From NCBI RefSeq assembly GCF_001194135.2, contig NC_068986.1, positions 37,213,667 through 37,277,666 on the forward strand: DNA of 64,000 nucleotides, read 5' to 3'. The position numbers and the translations under genes are program-made. A model generated the notes under the pieces. The model worked only from the letters and a program-made list of their open reading frames with translations. It ran no database searches and was not told the origin of the DNA. This document shows positions 24,118-36,511 of this stretch, piece by piece (the first letter of the stretch is position 1; each line of letters opens with the position of its first letter). Source of the stretch: Octopus bimaculoides (lineage: Eukaryota).

Positions 24118-25154
24118 CATTCAACGATAGCAAGAAGGGTCTGAACCAGCTCATTTACATTTGAAATTTGATAGCTTCGCTCCTGAAATTAGGTCGCTAT
24201 TCCTTACATCACTAATCGTTTGCCATCCCGTCTCTGAGTAGACGTAGAAAAAAAAAGGGGGGGAAAGGGAAAAAATCTTAGCACCTAGACTATCCTATTT
24301 ACTATAAAACTACACCTTAGCGTTGTTTTAAAAGTGCATTGAAGATGTCTGATTTGAACAAACTTCGTTTTACGTACCTTTATTTACTTTCTTTTTCTTT
24401 CTAAGCTACCTTTCAGCAAAGAAGTAACGAGTCGTTATCGAAACAAACTCGAGTGTAAAAGAGCCCCTAGTTGAATAGTGCGTTGCGTTTCTTTCGTTAT
24501 ATTGCAGTGAAATAACGGTAATGAAGTGTTGAGAAAGGGTGACACAGCGGGCAGGTGATAGATAGATAGATAGTGAAATATAGGTAGGTTGAAAGTTAGA
24601 TAGATAGATTGATAGATAATAAGATAGAAATGTGTGTCATCGTGTGTCATCGTGTCCACGGGGACACACAAACATTTTATGTGTGTTTGCGCGCGTGAGG
24701 TAGATTACCGTCGTTTGACGACGAGAATTCAGTAGTTCGACCAATAACCCACTCCTGCATTAACGCATATATGGCTGAGTATCCCACACGGAAAGTAAGT
24801 TAACATGCCGTCTAGTATCCGTAAAAGAAAAAAAAATTAGAATAAATTGATCGGAAGTGATAAGAATGACATCCCATAACTTTATGTAAACAATGTGACA
24901 TAACCAATGCATAGAAGCCCTGGTACATATATTCAATATAACATAAACCGTACATATAGTTTGCATAAGAAAACAATAACAATTACAAGAAAACATGGCG
25001 GTCATTGATGCATGAAATGAGATTCGTGAATAGTTTTTGACGTTCTCTAAATTTGCTTCCGACTTATTCTCATGAAGGTATTATATAAACGAAGCATCAG
25101 TAGTCCTTCGTTGTCGCCCAATTACCTCTCATGGGCCCTCTATAGTCTGTGTAT

Positions 25155-25550
25155 GGATGCAGTCATCGTTTGGATCTGAGGGGGTTTGCTTCCCAATCGC
25201 ATGATTCCGGGTTTAAGTCCCTCTGCGTAGCACCTTAAGCAAATGTCTTCTATTATTATAGCCCAAGGCTTACCAAAGCTTTGTGAGTGGATTTGGCAAA
25301 CAGAAACTAAAAGAAACTCGTCGTATATATGCGCGCACGCGTCCTTGTGTGTGTGTGTGTCCGTCACCAATTGACAACTAGTGTTAATGTGCTTACGTTC
25401 CTGTAACTGAGCGATTCAGCAATGGAACCGATAGAAATAAATACCAGGCCTTAAAAATAAGTACTGGGGTCGAGCCATTCGACTAAAAATATTTCAAGGC
25501 GGTACTCCAGCATGGCCGCAGCCTAATGACAGAAACAAGTAAAAGATAAA
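25155..25550 (+). mobile_element. SINE family A, full-length
   Basis: Head to tail (CCAGCATGGCCGCAGCCTAATGACAGAAACAAGTAAAAGA). Abuts and truncates the transposase remnant. Confidence 0.85.
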
Positions 25551-25552
25551 AC

Positions 25553-25985
25553 ATAGAAGTTGCCCAAACCCATGCAGGAAGCCCACCCATTGGATATCGA
25601 GCATGTGTCTGGGAATACCCAATGTTTGAACCAAAGTGTTTCGTAAATGCGATCGAAGACCTCAATCAGACAGCGTTTACCTGTAAACCTTTCTTGTACA
25701 CCGAATACTCACTGCCCTTCGTGCGATTCTCTTAGATGATATTTCCAATGTATATATCTGGGTTCGTCCATTTCCAGACTAATGGGACATCCTGCATCAT
25801 CCAATCCACTGGGTTGCTGTGAATGAGCTTCCAAGTGCTGCTCACATCTTTCAGGAAACTGCACCAATCAACTACTGCATTATTACTCACTTGCAGTTAA
25901 AAAAAATCATTTCGTTCTGCTGTAATCTTTTATTCAGACGTATATCAGTCGATTGATTATTGGGAGAGTCAAATGGAACCACCCG
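25553..25985 (-). pseudogene. Merlin / IS1016 (ISXO2-like DDE) transposase remnant
   Basis: Manual translation: HLTLPIINRLIYV*..LQVSNNAVVDWCSFLKDVSSTW / (frameshift) GLDDAGCPISLEMDEPRYIHWKYHLRESHEGQ*VFGVQERFTGKRCLIEVFDRIYETL..WVFPDTCSISNGWAS. This matches the Merlin pattern TVVDW..RDVC..GG....VEIDES...RKY.RG...G.WVFGG.ER..G.C.L..V.DR...TL......PGT.I.SDGW. Core is 25553-25890. Confidence 0.85.
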
Positions 25986-27121
25986 ATGTTATAGAAAAGG
26001 ACATTTATCCAAGAATACTACTTACAATAGGATCGAAAACCAGATGCCTTGTAGTTACGAAGAAAACTTCTTAACCATTGGGCCATACTGCGTTTATCAC
26101 ACACACACACACACGCAAGTGTAAACATGTGAAAGAGGAAAAATATAGAGACAGACGGACACAATGTACGTGTAAAAGATTATATATATAGTATATAGAT
26201 ATATATATTATTTCACATACACACAGGTATGTATGTGTATATATATATGTCGGAAAGTGAGAGGATTGTAATATGGTAATGGTAGTTGCAAAGAGCGAGT
26301 CAGTGGAACTGCATATTCGTAGCTGAAGAAGCGTGCAAAGAGAATACGGCAAAAAAAAAAAAGAAACAAAAAGAAAAAAGAAAAAAAGTTTTGGGGTAGG
26401 GTATCTGTTTCTACACTGAGATAGCAACTGTTTTTCATTCGAGCAAGAAGGAAATGTGCCTTGAGTGAAAATAGTAAGTTATGAATAAGATATAGAATGA
26501 TAAAAATGTATAGACAGTTTAAGAAAGACAGAAATAATAGAAGATATAAAGAGGAAGAAAAGGTAATAGAGCGACTATTTGTTGGCGCATATTTGTAATA
26601 CGGGTGCGTTTAATATGAGCGGTTGTTGAATGAGGGTACGAGAGGACTTTGTTATATTTTTATTTTCTTTGTTTGAGGAGGCAAGGCGGACAAGTAGAGG
26701 GTTGGTGGATGAGAAGAATATGTTTGGTAAAAGCTACGTACATATATCATTCATGAATCTTTATTTTTCAAGATATTTGTTTAGCAGATTAGCTAAACTG
26801 TTCGCGGAGTTAAGACGTTAAATATGTGTACGTGCATCCAAATATATACACATATGTACGTACGTGAATATGCCTACGACGTTAGAAACTATTGTTTTTT
26901 TTTATCGGGCTTTTATTTTATTTTCCTTTTACGACGCAAACCGCAAAGAGTAAATATGAAAATATATATTTGTTAAGGTAAGGGAAACAGCTGAAACTAT
27001 TGTAAGAAAACAATCTGAGGTTTCTAATCCAGATACACTTAAACGTTTTAAGTTAGAAATGAGAAGAAACTAGTGATCTGAAAGTTAAAAAAAAAAAAAA
27101 TTCCTTACTAGTTAATGAGAA

Positions 27122-27340
27122 TGATTTCAAATTTTGGCACAAGGCTAGATATTTCGGGGTAGAGGGTAAGTCAATTACATCGACCCCAGAGCTCACCTGG
27201 TGCTTATATTATCGACCCTGAAAGGATGAAAAACAAAGTCGACCTCGACGGAATTTGAACTCAGAACGAAACGAAAGGACAGATGAAATATCGCTAAGCA
27301 TTTTGTCCGGCGTGCTAACAATTCTGCTAGCTCGCCGCTT
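27122..27340 (-). mobile_element. SINE family C, full-length
   Basis: All head, body and tail motifs present. Confidence 0.88.
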
Positions 27341-27374
27341 TCCACTACATCATAGTATTACAGACAGTTCAGAT

Positions 27375-27567
27375 CAGTGGTTTTCAACCTTTTTAATATG
27401 GCGGCCAGATCCAAAGCCTGAATTTTTTTATAGGGTTGTACCAAACCAAAGTAAAACACAGGTCAATTCAAAAAAATGTTATATTTACAAAGGGAAGAGC
27501 GTAGAGGGTCGCTGAAATTATAATTGGAGGTCGCATACAGCCCTGGGAGCTGCAATTGAGAACGCTG
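27375..27567. mobile_element. hAT-type MITE
   Basis: CAGTGGTTTTCAA...TTGAGAACGCTG termini. 8-bp flanks GTTCAGAT / ATTCAGAG match 6 of 8. Confidence 0.7.
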
Positions 27568-27679
27568 ATTCAGAGTTTTATAATAATAAATACATTTTCT
27601 TTTATACAGAAATACGCCATGAATTTTGTCTCTAACACATGCACAGGAGCAATAAATAAACGAGGTAGTTAATCCCTTA

Positions 27680-28045
27680 CATCAACCGCAGTTCTTGGCT
27701 CGTAGCATATTTTATCGAACTCGGAGGGGTGACTGACACAGTTCACTTCAGCGCGATTTGAACTCAGAACATATTGATCCAAGATAAATATTGCGAGGCA
27801 GTCGTTTTGTCCAATGCTCTAACGATCTTTCACTCTAGTATGCCTTAAATAATGGTCACTGATTTAGGAATAAAGTTCGCATCGACCCAGTATTTAACTG
27901 GTACTTTATTTTATTGACCCCGAAAGGATGAAAGGCAAAGTTAAACTCGGCAGGACTTGAATTTAGAACAATGAACCAGAACAAATACCTTAGAGATTAT
28001 TTTACCCGACGCTGTAACGATTTTGCCATTCCATCGCCTTAGTAT
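27680..28045 (-). mobile_element. Two adjacent decayed SINE family C copies
   Basis: Two GAACTCAGAAC/GACTTGAATTTAGAAC heads and a CCCGAAAGGATGAAAGGCAAAG body. Confidence 0.65.
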
Positions 28046-28221
28046 GTTATAAATAACGCTGTAGTATATTTGTAGGTTCAGCTTCAATAAACATGCCAGT
28101 TTGTATATTTAAGGTCTATCAACGACACCGACCAATTAAATACACTTTGGTAGGAGAGCATATTTGCTCACATAAAGAGGTTTTTTTTTTTTCATTCCTT
28201 CGTCACCTAGAAGTAACTGCA

Positions 28222-28315
28222 TCTCCGTCAGTCTCGACGATGAGTATCCAGTTGTACGCTCAACTGAACCTGCTCATTGAATTAGCGTTTAAGCGACTGA
28301 GTTCTCATTTCACAA
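28222..28315 (-). mobile_element. SINE family B tail fragment
   Basis: CTCCGTCAGTCTCGACGATGAGTATCCAGTTG...CCTGCTCATTGAATT is the reverse complement of the B tail. Confidence 0.6.
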
Positions 28316-31236
28316 ATTTGTTTATCCATAACGTAATTCTCAAGCAGAACCAGCGTGACGCAACGTTTTGATATTTGAATTTGCTGGTGCAACCCATCTT
28401 TCAATAAGTTCCGTTTTCCTTTGCCAAACTTCATTCACAAGATCAGGTCATTTCACTGAATAGCCTGTGGATACTGCGCTAGAACGTACGCTGAAGTAGC
28501 ACCAACTGTTGTATCTAATGAGATGTCTGTCCGCAGTAAAAACTACGCTATTCGTTCCATATTGATATCTGCTGGAGATCAATATGGATCGAAATTTTAC
28601 AAAATACGGAGAGAAAATAGTACTGTGAAAAACTCGTACTTTTTTCGTAAATGTATAAGCAATAGAACTGAAGTTAAACAACTACAATAACAGTAAATCA
28701 AACTGAAGCAGAGGATTCGGGTTCCCGAGAGAGGCTTTTAACTCATGTGCGCACAAATGCGACCCATATTTATCTGAAATTACATGTCTTACTCAGTGAA
28801 ACTGATTCCGGTCGACAAAGGAAAAAAAACCATACTGCACCCTCAAACCCGTACTTTCCGGGATTTACTCGAGAAATATAAGAGCAATTAGTCGGGATTA
28901 GAAAACGATAAAACAGCAATTTTAAATATAAATAATCTGTTTGCGAAACTTGAATACTGAATGAACAAAATCTTACTTCAGTTTGTAATAACATTTTCAA
29001 CATCTTTGACACCCCACTTTTGTTTTTTGTTCCCCTCAAGTTCGTTTATCTTTAAAGAGCACTAAAGCTATATTGAAGGAGAATTTGTAATCCGAAGATC
29101 GTGCTGGTTATTCGATAATTTAGATTTCGAGTTTAAGGTTATCTGAAGTAAGAGGTAGATTAAAAATTATACTGTTTTCATATTTATGGCTTTAAAAAAT
29201 GCTCGTTATTTTAAGACTTGATTTTTATTTAGTTATCTATTGTTATAATGTAAATCGATTAATATTAACAGATAAGCGTTTGAAAATTAGATTGTAATAC
29301 TTTTGATATGCAAGAATCAAGTTTCCCGTTTAGCAGTTCATTCGACTTCATTAATTGAACTTGCTATTTAATAGGATTTTTTTCTCGATATCACGAGAAA
29401 AAAAAAAGGAGAGGGAGAAAAGAAAAGCTATAATAATGATAAATTAGTTCGTTAGCTGTCACATTATTTATAAAAAAATAAAACTAAATGTCGTTTGCGT
29501 TCAGTAAATAGAAACAGCAAACATTTCTGGTTTTGTCAAAGCAAACCTTAAATTCTAATAATTATATTTGATTGGAGCTGATAATGTTTCGTAATGTTTG
29601 CAGTATCATTTATTTCATGACATTTAAATTTTGCTAATTTGAAGATTCTCACCTAAATGAAATCATTTTTATCCTTAATTAATCATTTGCACTGGAATGG
29701 TGAAAATCCAGAGGAAAATGATGAGGAGCTGTATCGATTTTGATCGTTACAGTTTAGTCCCAGGTCAAAAGCATTCCAGTCATGACTATCGTGTATGTTT
29801 TACATTAAGACATCTAATGTCTTTCCATTTTAAAGACAATGTGTGATTTGAGGGAATTCTACAGTTATTTCTAACAAGTAACCAGGTAGTGCCTCGCTCG
29901 TTTGTTTTAAATGTATTTGGTCATTAACACCACAAATTGCACTCGACACATTTTCCACCACATCTTATCGCCTTGTCCACTTGTGACTCTCGCCAACTCA
30001 TATACAAATCAGCTAGTTAATAATCGAACTGACATTCACTGGTTATAATATATGTAACACTGTTATTTTCTTTAATGTTAGCGAACTATTTTCCTTAGTT
30101 AAAACAAACTTAAGTTCTATAGCTAAATAAAAGCTCTCTCAATAAGAGAAGGCTACAGAATATATTACATAATGTTTTATCGTATAAACGCTACTTGAAT
30201 TTATAATTAACTATCTTATTTCCACAAAATCCGAAATGTTAGTGCCTTTCAGTAAATTGAATTCAACATACGACGACTTTCTTCACACTTTTAAAACTTC
30301 GGCTGTCATCTAAGTCGTATGTCTTCCGGTGTAGAGAGAAAATGACAAGGAGAAAAAGCAGCCGATAGTTTAAAAGGAGAGAAAAATAAGATAAATGTTG
30401 TGTAAAAACATACAAATTAAAAAAAATATAGAAAAGAATAGATGTCAACAGCCGAAAGGAAGAGTAAAAAGAAAAATACAACAGGATAAAAGGATGATAT
30501 GCGGAAAGTATAAAAAACAAAACTGATCGAGTAAATAATTGAACGAAGGATGAAGATGGATAACGTCATGCGATGAGTATGTAGATGGCGTAGAATGAAT
30601 AATAAAACAAAAAGGATAAAATATGTTCATGTATTAGGTTGTTAGACAGAAGAAATAACGACAAACGATCAAATGAAGTGAGATCGAAAGAGGGAAGAGA
30701 TGGACGGGAGGACAATTTAGAAGACAACTAAAAGAAGATGGCAGTAATTTATACATATGTATCTCTCTTTGCAAAGCGCACAACATAGCAAAATGTCGAC
30801 ACCAATACGTGACATCTTTAAAAATTTCGAGAAAATGTTACCCACCTCTCTGTAAAGTCAATTGTTTAAGAAAGAATTTGCAAATAATATGAACAAAATA
30901 GATAAAAGACAAAAGAACTCTCTAGAGCGCGAACATGTGCCATTAAAGTTAACTATAACATTTTCAGCAGAGGTCAGTTATAATTGCGAAAAAATAACGT
31001 GAGAGACAGAGAGTGAGTATTAATAAACTGTAACTGGGAAACGTGTTGATAGGTTCCAGATTTTGACGATTTTGAAATATTTCAAAAAGAATCACAATAA
31101 CACACAGATACTATAATGAAATTCTATTAAAATAGCAACACAGTACAGACATTAAAGAATTTCGACGCTGGGATATCTAAAATGGTAAACTCATAATTAC
31201 CAGTGCTATTTTGGCATTTTGTGCCTTTTTATTCCT

Positions 31237-31420
31237 GCTTAGTGATTAGGGTGTTAGACTGACTACCGTTAGGTCGTTGGTTCGATTCTGAGCGGAATGG
31301 TATGCGCCTAAGTAAGGCACTTAATTTCATGATACGTTAATGCAGGCAACTGAAAATTAGTACCAGCGACAGCTGAGCCAAGAAGTAACTTTGCGACGGA
31401 CTGGCGACCTATTCAGCAGG
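31237..31420 (+). mobile_element. Old tRNA-SINE with V-domain-like 3' motif
   Basis: TAGTGATTAGG...GGTTCGATTC head; TGCGACGGACTGGCGACCTATTCAG resembles the V-SINE motif GATGGACTGGCGACCTGTCCAG. Confidence 0.45.
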
Positions 31421-31489
31421 TGGTGGGGTGGGTCTTATGTTCTCAATCCCTATATGCAGTGAGATTGATCTCGAAACCACATAGCCATG

Positions 31490-31815
31490 CCTGTTTTAGT
31501 CACTGGACTGCGGTCATACTGGGGCGCTATCTTGACAAAAAAATCGATCCAAAGTCTGGTATTTATTTTATCTCTTCGCTGAACCGCTTACTTTACAAGG
31601 ATATAAACAAACCAACCCCATTTGTCAAGCGCTGGACGGACAAACACAAATACACGTACAAGCACACGACGATTCACTCAATTTCTGTCAGCCAAATGTA
31701 CTCACAAGGCATTTGTCGGTCGGGGTTATAGTTGAAGACACCCAAAATATTGCATAGTACCACAAAATCTGAAATCATGTGCTTGCGAAGCGAACTTCTT
31801 AACCACACAGACAAG
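31490..31815 (-). mobile_element. SINE family A, decayed
   Basis: GACTGCGGTCATACTGGGG...CTCACAAGGC...CTTAACCACACAG. Confidence 0.75.
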
Positions 31816-32187
31816 TGTGTCCGTGTATGTATATATATATATATATATATNNNNNNNNNNNNNNNNNNNNNNNNNNNNNNNNNNNNNNNNNNNNNNNNNN
31901 NNNNNNNNNNNNNNNNNNNNNNNNNNNNNNNNNNNNNNNNNNNNNNNNNNNNNNNNNNNNNNNNNNNNNNNNNNNNNNNNNNNNNNNNNNNNNNNNNNNN
32001 NNNNNNNNNNNNNNNNNNNNNNNNNNNNNNNNNNNNNNNNNNNNNNNNNNNNNNNNNNNNNNNNNNNNNNNNNNNNNNNNNNNNNNNNNNNNNNNNNNNN
32101 NNNNNNNNNNNNNNNNNNNNNNNNNNNNNNNNNNNNNNNNNNNNNNNNNNNNNNNNNNNNNNNNNNNNNNNNNNNNNNNNNNNNNNN

Positions 32188-32226
<39 letters not shown>

Positions 32227-33077
32227 GCGCGCATGCATACACGTACACGACAACATTTCAAGAGACTTAGTAAAACATACAAAGTTGACGGTAACAAATA
32301 ATTGCTGATGATGACAGCTGCGTGTTTAGGTTCCCTCTAAAGCCTACAGCAAATTAAGCAACGAAAAGGAAAAAAAATAATAAGGAGAGGGAAAGCTACA
32401 TACTTAGGAACCATCAACATATATACAAAAAAAAATCTTTAAGAATTCAAGTGAAAGCTACGAAGTAAAGGAGATGGATAAGAGCTTTCCTACTCTGTCA
32501 TGTTTATGCATGCCAATGTATCTCGGTATCCATAGGTAAGCATCTGTTCTGTGCAGATTCTTTATTTCATTCATACCACTCACTCACCCACCGCCATCTT
32601 ATTTATTAGCTCCATCCACATTTAATGCAACCAAAGGCATCACTTTCAACTCTTGATGTGAAGAACAAGTGAGATAAATTATCAACTAACAGCTAGATCT
32701 GTACCAAAAGTGACATATGAACACCTTTCATTCTCCCACCCGCAAATACATGTAGGTCTATATTTAAACTATTAAAAGCTTTATTTATAAAATAGACTAT
32801 ATAGAAAAAGTAGTATAAGGTTTTATGACGAATTGACGCAGATGGTTGATGATCTGACTAAATGTTTCACACAAAATTTCATTTAATCGTTCGGAAATCA
32901 AGTTATGTTTTCTAGAGTTTCCCTTACGTTTTTCAATTATTTCGGAGAATGCTGAAGAAGGAGGATGTCGATAAAATAAACGTAAATAAATAAAACTCAA
33001 GCGTGAATATTACAATAATTTCTCTTCTGGTTCGTGTCTCGGGACAGAAATTCTAACTTGTGTATTTATTATCGCTT

Positions 33078-33404
33078 TATGGCAATCAATCGGTTTTGGT
33101 CTCGAGAAAGTAAAACTATATGTTCGGCAAGTTCCGTATAAATTTTATTTCTTTAATGTTTATTTGTTTTCAGTTGAACAGTCAAAAAGAGACGGTCGAA
33201 CACACACATACATATACAGATCTTATGCTTCCCCGATTCGCTTATGTTTTATATGTATTTTTGTGTATGTATATGTATGTGTGCATGCATGTAGAGGTCT
33301 GTGTGTAAGCTGAAAAAGAAAGCAAAGAAATAAAAGTGTTTTACGGAAGTTACCAAGCATACAGTCTTTTACTTTCTCGAAACCAAAACCGATTGGTTGC
33401 CTTA
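33078..33404. mobile_element. MITE with about 75-bp imperfect TIRs (possibly Mutator-like)
   Basis: GGCAATCAATCGGTTTTGGTCTCGAGAAAGTAAAA...TTTTATTTCTTT versus AAAGAAATAAAA...TTTTACTTTCTCGAAACCAAAACCGATTGGTTGCC. 9-bp flanks TTATCGCTT / TTATCTCTG match 7 of 9. Confidence 0.8.
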
Positions 33405-33425
33405 TTATCTCTGTTGTGAAAAAAG

Positions 33426-33750
33426 ACAGTGGGCTGGCAGAATCGTTTGCCATGCCGGACAAAATGTTTAGTAGTATTTCGTCCGTCTTTACCTTCAGAG
33501 TTAAAATTCCGCTGAGGTCGACTTTGCCTTTCAGCCTTTCGGGGTCAATAAGATCAGTACCAGTTGAGTACTGGAGTCGACCTAATCCGGCTTATCCGAT
33601 GGTGAAGGGATCGGGCCGTCGCTGAGCGGTGGTTCATTATCTGGTGCAAAGCGCGCGGTGCATGTCGAGCGTCTTTGCGGGCGCTGACGCAGCAGATGCG
33701 CGACACTCAGTCGAAATTGCTGTCTTTGTGCCAAAATTTGAAACCATTAT
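33426..33750 (+). mobile_element. SINE family C carrying a GC-rich insert of about 120 bp
   Basis: Normal head and body to about 33590, foreign-looking segment, then tail GAAATTGCTGTCTTTGTGCCAAAATTTGAAACC. Confidence 0.8.
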
Positions 33751-33764
33751 CTGTGTTGTGAAAG

Positions 33765-33980
33765 GTTGCAAACTGCAGAATTGTTAGCACGCCGGACAAA
33801 ATGCTTAGTGTCGTTTCTTTCGACTTTGCGTTCTGAGTTCAAATTCTAACGAAGCTGACTTTGCCTTTCATCGTTTCGGAGTCGATTAAATAAATACCAG
33901 TCAATTATTGGGGGTCGATGTAATCGACTACAACCTTCCTCCAAATTTCAGTCTTTTGTACCTGCAGTAGAAAGGAATTT
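33765..33980 (+). mobile_element. SINE family C
   Basis: GTTAGCACGCCGGACAAAATGCTTAG...TTTGCCTTTCATC...GGGGTCGATGTAATCGAC. Confidence 0.85.
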
Positions 33981-35146
33981 TCAGTTATGCGGTGGTACAC
34001 TAAAAAGATACCCGCACATTCAAAGTGAGAACAGGAAGTACAGACAACACGACAAAACTAATTTGAATAGAAAACTGAACGATTTCAACATTTTTTTCTA
34101 GTTTTTCCTTCTTAGAATTTAAGTATCTGATCCATAATAGAAGCTATTTATTCTAAACAGTCCAAGACCAAAAAACTTTCGACTATGATTTCTATTTAAA
34201 ATGCCTTATCAGTAAATAGTATAATTTTCGGCTGTCTCAGTGGGGCAATGACTGGTGTCAACTGTTTCTTAGATAAGTGTGCAATATAGGATTAAGTGTT
34301 AAGAAACTAAGAATTATTACACTTAGGTCTTCCACCAAAGATATTAGGAAGATTATACGCAGCCTCAAATCGACACCGAATCATAGATTTGCGTGCCGAG
34401 AGAGAGAGAGAGACTTGCTTCCCACTCTACGGTAGGTACTACTTACCATTAACTATTTCTGTGAAAATAATTATATCTTGCCCCTTTTCTTAGGTTAAAA
34501 GTCTATTTCTAAAAATACCCCCCTTGTAAACCGAACGTAGGTAACAAGTTTCCAGAACTAATTACGTGAATATTTTACGTAAAATTTCTCAAGCATTTCA
34601 ACCAAACTAAATTCCATATTCTTTAGAAATAAAGTAAAGCATTTAAAAATAACTTGACTCTCTTTCTCACTTGTTTGAACATTTTCTACACTTTGCCAAA
34701 AAAAAAGCTACGCTCTTCTCATGCGAAATATTCTTTGATGCAATCTTGTAAAATAATTTAGAATTTCAGCAAGTGTGGTTCCTTTACAGATAGGATAATC
34801 AATAAGTTCTTAAATCTAGTGAAAATATTTGGATCAAATCCAACTAAGGTAATATGCAATGTACTTAATATTACAAGTAAAACAACTATAAGGTACCAAT
34901 AAAAAGGATTTTTAGTGAAACGACGCAGAGAAAAAAGACATATTTAGCAAAGATCAAAACAACTCGTACGGAACAATTCTTAGATTACAAAATTCAAATT
35001 CCAATTCGTATTAAACCCAAATCCACCGACTTGGTTCGCTATTAAAATATAACATCTACACAGTTTAGTTGTTTCAGAAGTTAAAATACATCAGGCATTA
35101 TATTTGGTTTTACTTTCTTTAAAGTATATATATGTACGCACTCATA

Positions 35147-35527
35147 GGAGGCGCAATGGCCCAGTGGTTAGGGCAGCGGACTCGCGGTCATAGGATCGCG
35201 GTTTCGATTCCCAGACTGGGCCTTGTGAATGTTTATTGAGCGAAAACACCCAAAGCTCCACGAGGCTCCGGCTGGGGATAGTGGCGAACCCTGCTGTACT
35301 CTTCCACCACAACTTTCTCTCACTCTTACTTCCTGTTTCTGTTGTGCCTGTAATTCAAAGGGTCAGCCTTGTTACACTGTGTCACGCTGAATATCCCCGA
35401 GAACTACGCTAAGGGTACACGTGTCTGTGGAGTGCTCAGCCACTTGCACATTAATTTCATGAGCAGGCTGCTCCGTTGATCGGATCAACTGGAACCCTCG
35501 ACGTCGTAAGCGACGGAGTGCCAACAA
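35147..35527 (+). mobile_element. tRNA-derived SINE family B (381 bp, possibly Octopus OR1), young, with TSD
   Basis: A-box TGGCCCAGTGG, B-box-like GTTTCGATTCC. 13-bp TSD GTACG(C/T)ACTCATA at 35134-46 and 35528-40. About 95% identical (manual count) to 59107-59487. Confidence 0.93.
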
Positions 35528-35789
35528 GTACGTACTCATATTTACTAGCAATAAATCTTTTACAAATTGATAGGATATGCGACGCCTTAGGCAAAGTGTC
35601 CTCTACCATAGCCTTGGATTTGCCAATAACTTCTGACTGAATTTTGATAGACGGAAACCGTACAGAAACCTGTTGTCACAGAATAAACAAAATCTTAATA
35701 GTAATTTCCAATGGACAACTGATGAAGTGGTCACCCCGTACACGTCTTAAACTGGAAATGCTAATCGAGGTAGCTGATGAGAGCTTATT

Positions 35790-36035
35790 CATTTTGTATT
35801 CGTCGGATAGGTATCCTTATATTGGTTGTTGCTTTTCACTACGTTTTTCAGCTGTGTACGCTCCAGCCTTCTTCAGGTGTCTTGTTAATGTAATGCCTAG
35901 AGGTTCTGAGTTCAATCCCAGGCAAGGCTTTAAGGTGAATCACAAGACACCTGAAGAGGGCTGGAGCGTACACAACCGAAACGTAGTGAAAAGCAATAAC
36001 CAAGATGAGGACACCACCCCGACCAATACATATAA
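35790..36035. mobile_element. Inverted pair of Penelope-type terminal repeats, each with a minimal hammerhead motif
   Basis: Arms of about 95 bp (35790-35885 / 35942-36035) around a 56-bp spacer. Plus arm reads CAC-CTGAAGA-G-GGCTG-loop-CAACC-GAAA-CGTA-GTG. Confidence 0.75.
35948..35988 (+). ncRNA. Minimal (dimer-type) hammerhead ribozyme motif
   Basis: Core CTGAAGA 35951-57, GAAA 35978-81, palindromic ACGT stem III, triplet GTA ending at 35985, 3-bp stem I CAC/GTG, stem II 4 of 5 paired. Confidence 0.6.
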
Positions 36036-36124
36036 ATTTCCATCACAAAAATACTGAATTGTATTAGTGTAATTTTTGTTTGTTCTGGTAACAGTCAGTT
36101 CACATTCATATTATATATATGTAT

Positions 36125-36169
<45 letters not shown>

Positions 36170-36469
36170 NNNNNNNNNNTCCCCGTTTTAGAATAGTTTT
36201 CAAAGAAGCAGCTAAAAGGTTTGGCTGTAAAACGTGTGTGTGTACCAGAGTAAATAATGCGCTGAGTTACATCCATTCATTCCGAAAGACAACTTTACTA
36301 TTCATAATATCGGACCAGGCTGAAATAAGTACTTGGCGGGTATGTATGATTTAACTAAACCCTTCAAGACGATACCAACTATGGCACAATTCAATAAGTG
36401 AGACCAATAAAAAAAAAAAAAGAATATCATAAAACTTGGCTGGCTCTGACAGAAATAAAGTTATTTGTG

Positions 36470-36511
<42 letters not shown>

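Noticed and set aside
35147-35215. tRNA genes (also at 15535, 56415, 57867, 59107)
   Set aside because: A/B boxes are present but there is no complete cloverleaf, and each continues into a shared SINE body and tail.
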